Positions 44,453 through 53,313 of a DNA stretch of 64,000 nucleotides are shown in pieces. Both the position numbers and the translations under genes were made by a program. The DNA comes from Verrucomicrobiia bacterium (lineage in GTDB: Bacteria > Verrucomicrobiota > Verrucomicrobiia > Limisphaerales > UBA8199), in NCBI GenBank assembly GCA_035946615.1, contig DASYZB010000010.1, positions 5,235 to 69,234 of the forward strand, written 5' to 3'. The notes under the pieces are model-generated. The model ran no database searches. It was not told the origin of the DNA and was given only the letters and a program-made list of their open reading frames with translations. Numbering within the stretch: the stretch's first letter is position 1; every line of letters begins with the position of its first letter.

Positions 44453-45661
44453 CTATCTCCTGCTGAGGCCGGCTTTGCCTTGAATGGCTTTGGGATTGCC
44501 GAGGAAGAATGTCGTCGTGAGCGCGGCATGGTCCGAAGGCCAGAGCGGGGGCTGAGCCAGGCTGAGCATGGGGTCCAGGACCTGCGCCGCAACGGGCGTG
44601 AATTCGTTCCCGCGATAGAGCACGAAGTCGATGCGATAGACAAATTGAGTTGTCGGATCAGCCAGGTTGGGATCATGCCCCCATGTCAGGCCGCCTGCGG
44701 GGTCACTCGGATTCAGGGTGAGCCAGGAATCTTTAAAGCCCGCGGCGATGAAAGGGTGGTAAGTGGATGTTTCAGTGCGGTCCAGGGGATCGGCATTGAG
44801 ATCGCCGGCGATAACGACTGGGCCGCCAAGGTGTGCGGGGCCGGCCAATAATTCCAGTCCTTGTGCTTCTTGAATCGCTGGGGAGGAATTATCTTCGAGG
44901 TGTGTGCAGATGCAGCGGAAGCGCTCGCCGCGAACAAAGGCATCTACCGAGCACCAGCCACGATAGACCGAGAGGCCGAGGGCGGGGATTTGCAAATAAG
45001 TGGAGAACTTGCCGGTTTGGGGATTGGAAGCGCGCAAATAGCCCGGAGGCAAATCTGTCCGGACCAGGATAACCTCATGGTCGATGGCGCGGGCATAGGC
45101 GAGTTGCAAGGGATTGAGGTTGGCTATCATTGGCATGGTCACATCCATTTCCGTTGAAACAACGGCCACTCTGTAATGGGCGCCCTTAGCTTCGAGTGCG
45201 CTGGTCAGGAGTTGCAGATAATCGTAGGCCACCGTGAAAGGACCTGGCCCCTGGGCTGTGGCCGGCGCTTGCTCGATGGTATAGACCTCTTCCAGCGCGG
45301 CGATATCGGGCTTGGCAGCCGCGATCTCGCCGGCCAGGCCCGCCATGCGCGCCGGCGGATCCGATGCAACGATCTGCATATAAACAGCGGTGACTGTCTG
45401 AAGGAGCTCTTGCGGAAAGGCCGGGTCCGTTGGGTCCAAGGCTAATGGCGCTTCGATGGAGCCGCCTATGTAAGCGTTTCCTTGGTAAAACTTGACGCTC
45501 TTTTTGCCTCCAGCTTCAGGCGAGCCCGCCACCGCCGAAAGGGCGCATGTGGCGAGAGTGACGATGAGGCAAGCGATGGCGCGCCTCAAACTAACGCCGC
45601 CAGGCCGAAGACGAATGGCTGCTGGTTCCTGTTCGATTTGATTAACCCGCTCTGATTTCAT
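44453..45661 (-). CDS. Endonuclease/exonuclease/phosphatase (EEP) family protein, secreted
   Basis: Signal/anchor sequence, plus ALEEV, CTHLE, AGDLNADP and WPSDHAAL motifs. Confidence 0.7.
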   Translation of the reverse strand: MKSERVNQIEQEPAAIRLRPGGVSLRRAIACLIVTLATCALSAVAGSPEAGGKKSVKFYQGNAYIGGSIEAPLALDPTDPAFPQELLQTVTAVYMQIVASDPPARMAGLAGEIAAAKPDIAALEEVYTIEQAPATAQGPGPFTVAYDYLQLLTSALEAKGAHYRVAVVSTEMDVTMPMIANLNPLQLAYARAIDHEVILVRTDLPPGYLRASNPQTGKFSTYLQIPALGLSVYRGWCSVDAFVRGERFRCICTHLEDNSSPAIQEAQGLELLAGPAHLGGPVVIAGDLNADPLDRTETSTYHPFIAAGFKDSWLTLNPSDPAGGLTWGHDPNLADPTTQFVYRIDFVLYRGNEFTPVAAQVLDPMLSLAQPPLWPSDHAALTTTFFLGNPKAIQGKAGLSRR

Positions 45662-45771
45662 AACTCATTTCCTTTTCCGAGCGGGAGATTTTGCGCTTGG
45701 ACCGCCCCGCTCCGGCGGCGCCAGGCGTTTTGTGAGGGGCCTTGTGGAACTCGGCCCTCCAAATCGACGAG

Positions 45772-46368
45772 CTACTTTCCAGCTTGTTGTTGGGCGCTGG
45801 AAACCGCTTCGCGCTTGAGTTCGACAGCAGAGGTCCAGGCGTCTTTGGTTTTGAGATGTTCGAGCACGAATTTCTGCAGGTCGGACGTGCTGGCTGTCAA
45901 GACTACCCGCAGGTCATCGGGATTGTCGCTGCTTTGGACCAGGTGATGCGCAACGGGGTGGGGGTGTTTTGCCAAATAACTTTTGAGCCAATCGTTGTCC
46001 AATTGGGCCAGCTTCAAGGTGGGAGTGAAGCCGACTACCTGGAGCAAGTAATGCGGTGGAATGACCCGCACATCGGTATCGATCGAGGCAAGGTCCAGAA
46101 AGAGTTGGTCTTGCAGTTTAAAGGCATGGACATTCATGACGGTGGCTTTTTGCGACTCGACTAATATCAGCCGATAGGCCTGAGGCTCGCTCTTCTGGAA
46201 TTTCCATGTGTTGTTCGAGTTATCATCGACCTCGAGCCAGTCGCCGACCAGGGCGGGTTCGAAGACCAGGTCTTTGGTGGTGTAATAAGGGCAGACGGAC
46301 GTGACCAGACAACCTGCGAGCAGCAGCCCCGCTGAGGCCGCAAGAAGCGTGAATGCGCGTTTTTTCAT
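45772..46368 (-). CDS. Hypothetical lipoprotein
   Basis: MKKRAFTLLAASAGLLLAGC lipobox. Confidence 0.5.
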   Translation of the reverse strand: MKKRAFTLLAASAGLLLAGCLVTSVCPYYTTKDLVFEPALVGDWLEVDDNSNNTWKFQKSEPQAYRLILVESQKATVMNVHAFKLQDQLFLDLASIDTDVRVIPPHYLLQVVGFTPTLKLAQLDNDWLKSYLAKHPHPVAHHLVQSSDNPDDLRVVLTASTSDLQKFVLEHLKTKDAWTSAVELKREAVSSAQQQAGK

Positions 46369-46369
46369 A

Positions 46370-46966
46370 CTATTCAATCCTTTCTCCTCTGACCCATTTG
46401 TCTGTTGTTTCGGCGACCAGTTGACCGAGCTTATCGATCAGGTCTTCCAACTTCATCATGTCCCAACCGCCGATACCCGAGCCGCCCAAATACGATTTGC
46501 GCGCCGTGAATGAAGTGAGTTTTGTGCCATCGCTGGAGTGTATCATGAACTCCCCGACGGCACGCTGCTGACCCGCTCCCATTCCGACCCAAAACCGCGC
46601 AGCGGCGCTCCCCTTCTCCACCTGGGTGATGGCGCCTTTGAGGATAATGGCCCCAGGCGGGACATTGGTGGATGGAACGTCCCTGAGGACATCAAACGAT
46701 TTATGCTCTGCGCACCATTTCTCAACGCCCAATTGGAATGCGTGGGCCATTACCTTTTTTTCGGGCTCGGAAAGACGCGCATCGGTAATTTGGAGTTCAC
46801 CCAAGGCCAGGGCGGAGGGTCTCTGTTTTGGCGGCGCACCGCTGGCCAGGGGTTTGACCTCTTTGAACGTGCTCACACATCCTGCGGCCAATAATGCCGC
46901 GAGGGCCACTACGGCCAACGCTACTATCTGCTTTCCAAACAGGCAACTCGACCGGCTTTTTTTCAT
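46370..46966 (-). CDS. Lipoprotein, DUF4410-like
   Basis: Lipobox LLAAGC. The motif FWVGMGAGQQRAVGEFMI is as I remember for DUF4410. Confidence 0.5.
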   Translation of the reverse strand: MKKSRSSCLFGKQIVALAVVALAALLAAGCVSTFKEVKPLASGAPPKQRPSALALGELQITDARLSEPEKKVMAHAFQLGVEKWCAEHKSFDVLRDVPSTNVPPGAIILKGAITQVEKGSAAARFWVGMGAGQQRAVGEFMIHSSDGTKLTSFTARKSYLGGSGIGGWDMMKLEDLIDKLGQLVAETTDKWVRGERIE

Positions 46967-47062
46967 AAGTAACTCCGTCCTTCTGTATTTGATTAGTTCT
47001 GATTGCTCCTGAGCCTAAAGAAAACGGCGTAGAAAGTCGAATCAAATAAAATGTGACTAATA

Positions 47063-48325
47063 TCAATTGGAACGATGTTTTGCGGAGCGCAAGGTTTTGA
47101 GGGCAAGCCCAAGCCATAGGCTGCCGCCGATCAGCAGAGCCAGTGGCAGGATGAGAACGGCGCGATGCAGGCCGAATGCATCAGACAAGCGACCCGTGAT
47201 TTCCGGGGAATAGAAATCGCCGAAGAGGTGGATCATAAAGATGGACATGGCCATCGCGCTTGCGCGGAGATTCACAGGAACGGTTTCCACAATGAGTGTG
47301 TTGACGGGGCCGGTGCCCAAAAACAACAGCAGGATAGCCCCCGCCAAACCGAGCAGGAGGGCGGTCCTGGTTCCGCCCAGAAAGGCCCAGGTGGCGAAGG
47401 GAGCGGCGGCCAGCGTGGAGATGCCCAGAGTGAGGGAGTAAGCAGCCGGGTTCCGCTTGCGCCATGCGGAGGCAGCGAACCCGCCAGCGAAGGTGCTGAC
47501 CAGGCCGGCGACTGCGGTTAAGGCGGCAAAGTAAGCGCCCGCCTGTTTGTGGCTCATGCCGGAAACGCGATTGAGATAGCTTGGCCCCCAGAAGGCGAAG
47601 GCGCCCATGGCGAACGTGTAAGCGACATAGCCCCAAACGACGAGATTAAAATCAGCCAGGCGCAGGAGTTTGAAAACGCCGGCCCAACCGGGCTTGTTGG
47701 CTCCCCTGCCCTGCCCTTCATCGGACTGGCCGCGTTCCGGGTCACGGAATGGCAACAGGCTGGCGGCCAGCAGCAAGCCGGGCACGCCCGCGACGATAAA
47801 GGCATAGCGCCAGCCCCAGACCGCCTCGATTTGGGAGCCGATCAGATAGCCAAGGGCAGCGCCTAACGGAATGGCCACGTAGAAAATGGTCAGGGCATTA
47901 TTTCGCCGCGCGGGGCCATAGGCATCCGAGATCAAGCTGGGGCTGATGGTGGCGTAACTGGCCTCACCTAAGCCGACCATGATCCGAAAGCCCAGCAAAC
48001 CCACAAAGCCGCCGGCCAGGCCCGTGAGGACCGTCCCCAAACTCCACACGAAAATCCCGGCGGCAATCAACCACTTGCGCGTCATGCGGTCGCCCAAATA
48101 GCCGAAGAATGGGGAGGTGAGAAAATATCCGATCATGAAAGCGGTATTAATGCGGCCCGCCTGGCTATCGGTGAGATGAAAATAGGCCTTGATTGGCTCA
48201 ACCATCTGATAAGCGACGTAGCGGTCCAGATAGTTGAACAGATTCAGGCCGGAAAGGATGAACAGGAGCCAAAAAGGAGAGAGTGCGCGGCCAGCCGTGT
48301 TTTGAATGGGCTTGGGTGTGTTCAT
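47063..48325 (-). CDS. MFS transporter, Spinster-like
   Basis: Twelve TM helices. NLFNYLDRYV and FFGYLGDRMTRKW resemble Spinster-family motifs. Confidence 0.75.
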   Translation of the reverse strand: MNTPKPIQNTAGRALSPFWLLFILSGLNLFNYLDRYVAYQMVEPIKAYFHLTDSQAGRINTAFMIGYFLTSPFFGYLGDRMTRKWLIAAGIFVWSLGTVLTGLAGGFVGLLGFRIMVGLGEASYATISPSLISDAYGPARRNNALTIFYVAIPLGAALGYLIGSQIEAVWGWRYAFIVAGVPGLLLAASLLPFRDPERGQSDEGQGRGANKPGWAGVFKLLRLADFNLVVWGYVAYTFAMGAFAFWGPSYLNRVSGMSHKQAGAYFAALTAVAGLVSTFAGGFAASAWRKRNPAAYSLTLGISTLAAAPFATWAFLGGTRTALLLGLAGAILLLFLGTGPVNTLIVETVPVNLRASAMAMSIFMIHLFGDFYSPEITGRLSDAFGLHRAVLILPLALLIGGSLWLGLALKTLRSAKHRSN

Positions 48326-48461
48326 GGGTCACAACCGCAGGGCGAACGCCGCTCAGGATACCACAGCCAGCCCAGGAGAGGGAATGGAAAAAAGGATTTG
48401 GGCTCGGCCCTTACAGCCGGCAACCAAAAAAGGACAACCGCGGGATATGCGAAATACTACC

Positions 48462-48552
48462 GAGGCCAAAGGCCTCTTTTATACCAGCCCTGGGCCAGCG
48501 CCCTGGGAAAAGAAGCCCGCGCTGCGTCTGCAGGCCAACGGTCTGCCTTATA
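48462..48552 (-). repeat. Family B repeat (copy 3, inverted)
   Basis: It contains GAGGCCAAAGGCCTC, CCCTGGGCCAGCGCCCTGGG and AGGCCAACGGTCT. Confidence 0.55.
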
Positions 48553-48560
48553 GAACCATC

Positions 48561-48700
48561 TATAAAGCGGGCCGTTGGCCTGCAACCATCCACCTGCACC
48601 GCGTTTCCCACGGCGTTGCCGTGGGCTGGTATGAGGGACGTCTTTGGCGTCGTCGGCTCTGACGCGCCTACGTTCGCAATCGGCGTCAGAGCCGTAGAGC
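48561..48700 (+). repeat. Family B repeat (copy 4)
   Basis: GGCCGTTGGCCTGCAACCATCCACCTGCAC...GCTGGTATGAGGGACGTCTTTGGCGTC is the closest relative of copy 1. Confidence 0.6.
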
Positions 48701-48782
48701 GTGCGGGCTTGGAAAGCGCCCCGGGCGCGCTCGACGCTCCACGAAAATCCATCCAAGCACCGAGGTTGATTCTGCTCGATCC

Positions 48783-49751
48783 TTAAGGGAGCAACGCGCG
48801 CAGAAAAGGCAATTTGCGACAGGTTAACCGAGTTCGCCAGGCATCGACAATGACGGCGAGAATGATGACTGCGCCAGTCACGACACGTTTTATCGGCTCG
48901 GATATCCCGAGCTGGGCGAGGCCGGCCTGCAGGGTCGCGATAATCAGCACTCCAAAGAAGCTGTTCACCACCGAGCCGCGCCCCCCGGCAAGGCTGGTGC
49001 CGCCGATAACAACTGCTGCGATAGCTGAGAGTTCAAGGCCCACGCCGGCATTAGGGTCTGCCGAACCCAAACGGGAAGTGTAGAAGACCGCTCCCAAGGC
49101 GCTGAGCAATCCTGAAAGCGCAAAAACAGCTATCTTGGCCGGACGCGGATTGATGCCTGCCAAACGCACGGCCTGCTCATTAGTTCCAATGGCGATGAGA
49201 TGACGTCCGAAGAGTGTCCGCGTCAAGGCCACTTGACCAGCCCCTACAATCAGCAGCGACAGCAGGAAGGCAGCGGAGCAGCCGACGACAGGCAACGGCC
49301 CCGCCAACCCGGTAACTGACTCGCCGATGTACTTGGTTTGCGAGTGGGTGGTGAGATACGCAAGCCCTCGGGCGATTTCGAGCATCCCCAATGTGACAAT
49401 GAATGACGGAATACTCAAACGCACGCTCAGCGCTCCATTACAAATGCCGGCGGCCAGGCCAACTCCAAGACAGAGTGCTGTGGCCGCGCTGAATGGTGAA
49501 TGCCAATCGCTCATGGCCACACCCAGAACAGCGCCCGCCAATCCGAGCACCGAACCGACCGAAAGATCAATGCCCCCGATGATCAGAACAAAGGTCATGC
49601 CCACTCCGACCACAGTGAGGGCCGGGATGTTGTTGGCTAGTATCGCCAGATTCCGCGTCGTGAGAAAGTTTTCGCTGAGGGCCCCAAACAGGAGCAACAG
49701 CCCAATCCAAATGAAGAGCAGTGCCGCGTTTTGGCCAAAATGCTTTGCCAT
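48783..49751 (-). CDS. Sugar ABC transporter permease (RbsC/AraH-like)
   Basis: A polytopic protein. The family pattern GGIDLSVGSV and the tail GGTSLAGGRGS are present. Confidence 0.8.
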   Translation of the reverse strand: MAKHFGQNAALLFIWIGLLLLFGALSENFLTTRNLAILANNIPALTVVGVGMTFVLIIGGIDLSVGSVLGLAGAVLGVAMSDWHSPFSAATALCLGVGLAAGICNGALSVRLSIPSFIVTLGMLEIARGLAYLTTHSQTKYIGESVTGLAGPLPVVGCSAAFLLSLLIVGAGQVALTRTLFGRHLIAIGTNEQAVRLAGINPRPAKIAVFALSGLLSALGAVFYTSRLGSADPNAGVGLELSAIAAVVIGGTSLAGGRGSVVNSFFGVLIIATLQAGLAQLGISEPIKRVVTGAVIILAVIVDAWRTRLTCRKLPFLRALLP

Positions 49752-49773
49752 CAGAGCCGTCGCCGGCTGTTGA

Positions 49774-51297
49774 TCAGGTTTGTTTTTCCTCGTCCAGGTA
49801 CCCGCTGAATGCGGCGCGGGTGATAACCTCCTGTGACCACCGGCCTGGCAAGAATTCGGCTGCAATCCGGCCAGCGGACATGACGAGGATACGATCACAG
49901 AGAGCCATTAATTCGGTCAATTCACTTGAAACAACCACCACGGCTTTGCCTTCTTGAGCCAAGTCACCGAGCAGTTGATAAATGCTGTCTTTGGCCGCGA
50001 CATCGATTCCGCGCGTTGGTTCATCGAACAGGAGTACGCGGCAATCCCGCGCCAGCCAGCGTGCGATGACGACCTTCTGCTGGTTGCCCCCGCTCAGCTC
50101 GGAAACGATTTGCTCCGGAGAGGCGCAACGGACAGCCAGACGGCCACAGAAAGAATCTGCTGTTTGGCCTTCGGCGCGCCGGTCCAGCCAGCCACCCGCG
50201 TGAGTGTGGCGTGGCAGGGTTGCCAGGGTGGTGTTGACACGAACCGATTGGCCCAACAGCAGACCATCGGCCTTGCGGTCCTCCGGGACCATGCCAATCC
50301 CGGCGCGAACGGCATCCACCGGGTCCCGGATTGTGACGGGTTTTTGATCCTCATTGAGGAAGATATCACCTGCATCTTTGGCATCCGCTCCGAAAATGGC
50401 CCGCAAGGTCTCGGTCCTTCCCGAGCCGATGAGACCGGCCAAGCCCAGGATTTCCCCGCGGCGCACTTCAAAGCTGACATCCTGGACCCGCCCACCAGCG
50501 CGCAAATGGCTCACCCGCAGGGCTGTGGCGCCCGTGACGCGCTCGCCCACTGCCTTGCGCTCCGGCAGATCGTGTCCGACCATGTCGCGCACCAAACCGG
50601 TTGCAGTGACTTCCGCGGCGAGATGAGTCGCTACTCGGCGGCCATCGCGCAAGACCGTTGTTCGGTTGGCTATCCTGCGGATTTCATCCATGCGATGGCT
50701 GATATAGATGATTCCGACGCCTTCCGCCTGAAGCTTGCGCACATTGGCAAACAACCGTTCGATCTCGGGATCGGTCAATGCAGCCGTGGGTTCATCCAGG
50801 ATCATAACCCGGCAGTTTTGGGCCAGCGCGCCGGCGATTTCAACCAACTGTTGCTGGCCGACTCCCAGGTGATGGGCCGGCGCTGTCGGGTCCAGGTTCT
50901 TTAAGCCAACCCGCGCCAGGGCCTGCTGCGCCATTTTGCTTAATTCACCGAATCGCACAAAGCCGGCCCGGCGCGGTAATCGGCTGAGAAAGATGTTCTC
51001 GGCCACGGTGAGCGTGCCGATGACATTGAGTTCCTGCATGACCATGATGACGCCGGCTTGCTCGGCGTCCCGTTTGGACCTCGGCGAGTAGGGCCGCCCT
51101 TCGAGTTGGACCTCTCCACTGCCGGGTTGAGTCAGTCCGCACAAAATCCTGGCGAAAGTGGATTTTCCCGCCCCGTTGCTGCCGACCAGCGCATGGACCT
51201 CGCCACGCAGCAAATCAAAGCTGAAATCGGTCAACACCGGCGTGCTATAGCTCTTGTTGAGATTACTGACTTTCAACAGTTTGGGGGGTGAGGGCAT
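49774..51297 (-). CDS. Sugar ABC transporter ATP-binding protein (duplicated ABC domains)
   Basis: Two Walker A/signature sets are present (GSNGAGKST, LGVGQQQLVEI; SELSGGNQQKV). Confidence 0.9.
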   Translation of the reverse strand: MPSPPKLLKVSNLNKSYSTPVLTDFSFDLLRGEVHALVGSNGAGKSTFARILCGLTQPGSGEVQLEGRPYSPRSKRDAEQAGVIMVMQELNVIGTLTVAENIFLSRLPRRAGFVRFGELSKMAQQALARVGLKNLDPTAPAHHLGVGQQQLVEIAGALAQNCRVMILDEPTAALTDPEIERLFANVRKLQAEGVGIIYISHRMDEIRRIANRTTVLRDGRRVATHLAAEVTATGLVRDMVGHDLPERKAVGERVTGATALRVSHLRAGGRVQDVSFEVRRGEILGLAGLIGSGRTETLRAIFGADAKDAGDIFLNEDQKPVTIRDPVDAVRAGIGMVPEDRKADGLLLGQSVRVNTTLATLPRHTHAGGWLDRRAEGQTADSFCGRLAVRCASPEQIVSELSGGNQQKVVIARWLARDCRVLLFDEPTRGIDVAAKDSIYQLLGDLAQEGKAVVVVSSELTELMALCDRILVMSAGRIAAEFLPGRWSQEVITRAAFSGYLDEEKQT

Positions 51298-51309
51298 AGA
51301 ATGGGAGCG

Positions 51310-52311
51310 TTAGTTGGAACCTCCCGGTAACTGCAGTGTGAGATTGGTCTGGGTGATTAAATCCACTTCAGTGGTTTGATCGGCGGGGGGCGCTTCGCCT
51401 TTAAGGATTTTAAGCGCCGCCTCGATGCCGAAGACAGCGAGTTGGTCGGCATGCTGGTCGGCGGTGGCCGTTACGCGCCCGTCGGCAAGCATTGGGCGAA
51501 TCGCCTTGATGTTGTCAAAACCGGCTATGAGCACTTTGCCGTTCCTGCCTGCTGCCTGTACGGCGGCCACTGCTCCAAGGGCCATGCTGTCATTGGCGCA
51601 GAGAATGGCCTTAAGCTCGGGATGTTCGCTGAGCATCGCTGTCGCTACCGTGTTAGCCATGTCCATCTCCCAGTTGCCGCTTTGTGTGCTGACAGTTTCA
51701 ATATTGGCCGCCTTCATGGCATCCTCGAAGCCCAACCGGCGTTGCTGGCCGTTGAAAGCGGTGGGAATGCCTTCGATAATGCCGACCTGATCGCCCGGCT
51801 TAAGCCGGCGCGCTATCGCCTCTCCCACCTTGCGGGCACCCGCCCGATTGTCCGGCCCCACAAAAGGCACATTAAGATCCGCTTGCTTGAGCGTCTGCGC
51901 ATCCAGCTTGTTATCTATGTTGACCACGAGGATGCCAGCCTCTTTGGCCCGCTTTAATACGGTCACGAGAGCTTTGGAATCCGCAGGGGCGATCACGATG
52001 GCCTGAACCGGGCGGGCAATCATTTGTTCGACGAGGTTGACCTGCTCCCCCAGGTCGGTCTCATTCTTGATGCCGTTGATAATCAGTTCGTATGCCTCAG
52101 GATGTGCCGCTTGATGCTGTCTCGCCCCTTCAGCCATCGTGCTGAAGAATTCGTTGGCGAGCGATTTCATGACCAGAGCGATTCTCGGCTTGGTCGGCGC
52201 GGCGGATTGCCGGCAGCCCGCGAACGGGAGCATCAACAGGCAAAGGCAGAGCGCCACGACCCGATTGCGCCAACAGGGAAAACACCAAGGGGAAACAGCA
52301 TCCGTTGCCAT
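51310..52311 (-). CDS. Sugar ABC transporter substrate-binding lipoprotein (RbsB-like)
   Basis: Lipobox LPFAGC. A periplasmic-binding type I fold pattern is present (IALVMKSLANEFF). Confidence 0.8.
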   Translation of the reverse strand: MATDAVSPWCFPCWRNRVVALCLCLLMLPFAGCRQSAAPTKPRIALVMKSLANEFFSTMAEGARQHQAAHPEAYELIINGIKNETDLGEQVNLVEQMIARPVQAIVIAPADSKALVTVLKRAKEAGILVVNIDNKLDAQTLKQADLNVPFVGPDNRAGARKVGEAIARRLKPGDQVGIIEGIPTAFNGQQRRLGFEDAMKAANIETVSTQSGNWEMDMANTVATAMLSEHPELKAILCANDSMALGAVAAVQAAGRNGKVLIAGFDNIKAIRPMLADGRVTATADQHADQLAVFGIEAALKILKGEAPPADQTTEVDLITQTNLTLQLPGGSN

Positions 52312-52567
52312 TGGCCAAAACTTTTCAGCAATGTGCGGCTCCAGTCAATCTCAAACCCACGAGCAAGCGGATTAAAGGAGGGCCATTAACAACGCGGATG
52401 GTTTCTGAGGACGCGAGAACGGCTCGAGCACCCAGTTCTCCTTCAACTCAGGTTCGTAGGGACAAACTCCCCTGAACTCCCCTTAATTCAGGTTCGGATG
52501 GAACTGGTGGAACTCGGCCAACCTCTAGACAAACCTGCGGGTTTGTGAGCGGCCTGAACAGGAACCT

Positions 52568-52846
52568 TCAGCTCACTTGGCGCACGGAGTTCTGGCTGCC
52601 GTAGGGATTCGGCTCCCGCAACGCGCAATCCGGATCGTCCCACCATTGGCCGTCCACAAGAAAACGGTAATGATGTGTGCCCGGGGGTAAGTCCACAGCG
52701 ACGCGCCACACCCCGCCCGATTCGCGTTTCAAAGCGATGGGTTTCTTCTGCCAATGTGTGAAATCACCGGCCAACAGGACGCTGGCGGCCTGAGGCGCAG
52801 TAATGGAGAAGGTTTGATTTTTATGTCCGTTGTGCTTTCTCGCCAT
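52568..52846 (-). CDS. CBM48/early-set glycogen-binding domain protein (92 aa)
   Basis: FSITAPQAASVLLAGDFTHWQ...GVWRVAVDLPPGTHHYRFLVDGQWWDDP. Confidence 0.7.
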   Translation of the reverse strand: MARKHNGHKNQTFSITAPQAASVLLAGDFTHWQKKPIALKRESGGVWRVAVDLPPGTHHYRFLVDGQWWDDPDCALREPNPYGSQNSVRQVS

Positions 52847-53313
52847 AGTAGTTCTTTCTCTTAATGGTGCCGGCCCGCGATGTATCCCTTTGCATGCAGC
52901 AACTGCTTGCTTTACGAATCGAACGCCCGCCGCATAGAGACTATAGAACTCGACCATTGCTCCCACGATAGCGTTCAAATCTTTGCGGCGGGAAGATATT
53001 CACAGGCTGTTTGGAGTGGTTCTCCGCCAACCACGAGTGGAATCGCAGGTGCCATAGAAGAACAAACTTCTTTGGCCTCCGGATCGAAAGGCGTTGGGAA
53101 CACCACAGTTGCAGTTCCCCGCGCGCTTGGCACAAAGGAAGCTAAGCGAGCACAGGATATATGGAATTGTCGTCAAACGACGGGCATGATGCGGAAATCG
53201 ATCGCTGTGCGCTCGAGATGCCCAGAGGAATCCCGGATTCTGTTCTTGGCAACGGCGATGATGACAGACGCTCTGGACCAAACGTCCCGATCGGAGCATC
53301 ATCCCCGAACAAG

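Noticed and set aside
22865-48700. Whether the family A and family B repeats could be a CRISPR array or array remnant.
   Set aside because: The copies are dispersed over tens of kb and are themselves long palindromes of 90-140 bp. They have no regular repeat-spacer periodicity, and no cas genes are present.
52880-52990. T-loop-like GTTCGATTC and GTTCAAATC words suggesting a minus-strand tRNA.
   Set aside because: The flanking bases cannot form a T-stem, an acceptor stem or an anticodon arm. No tRNA-like cloverleaf was found anywhere else in the window either.
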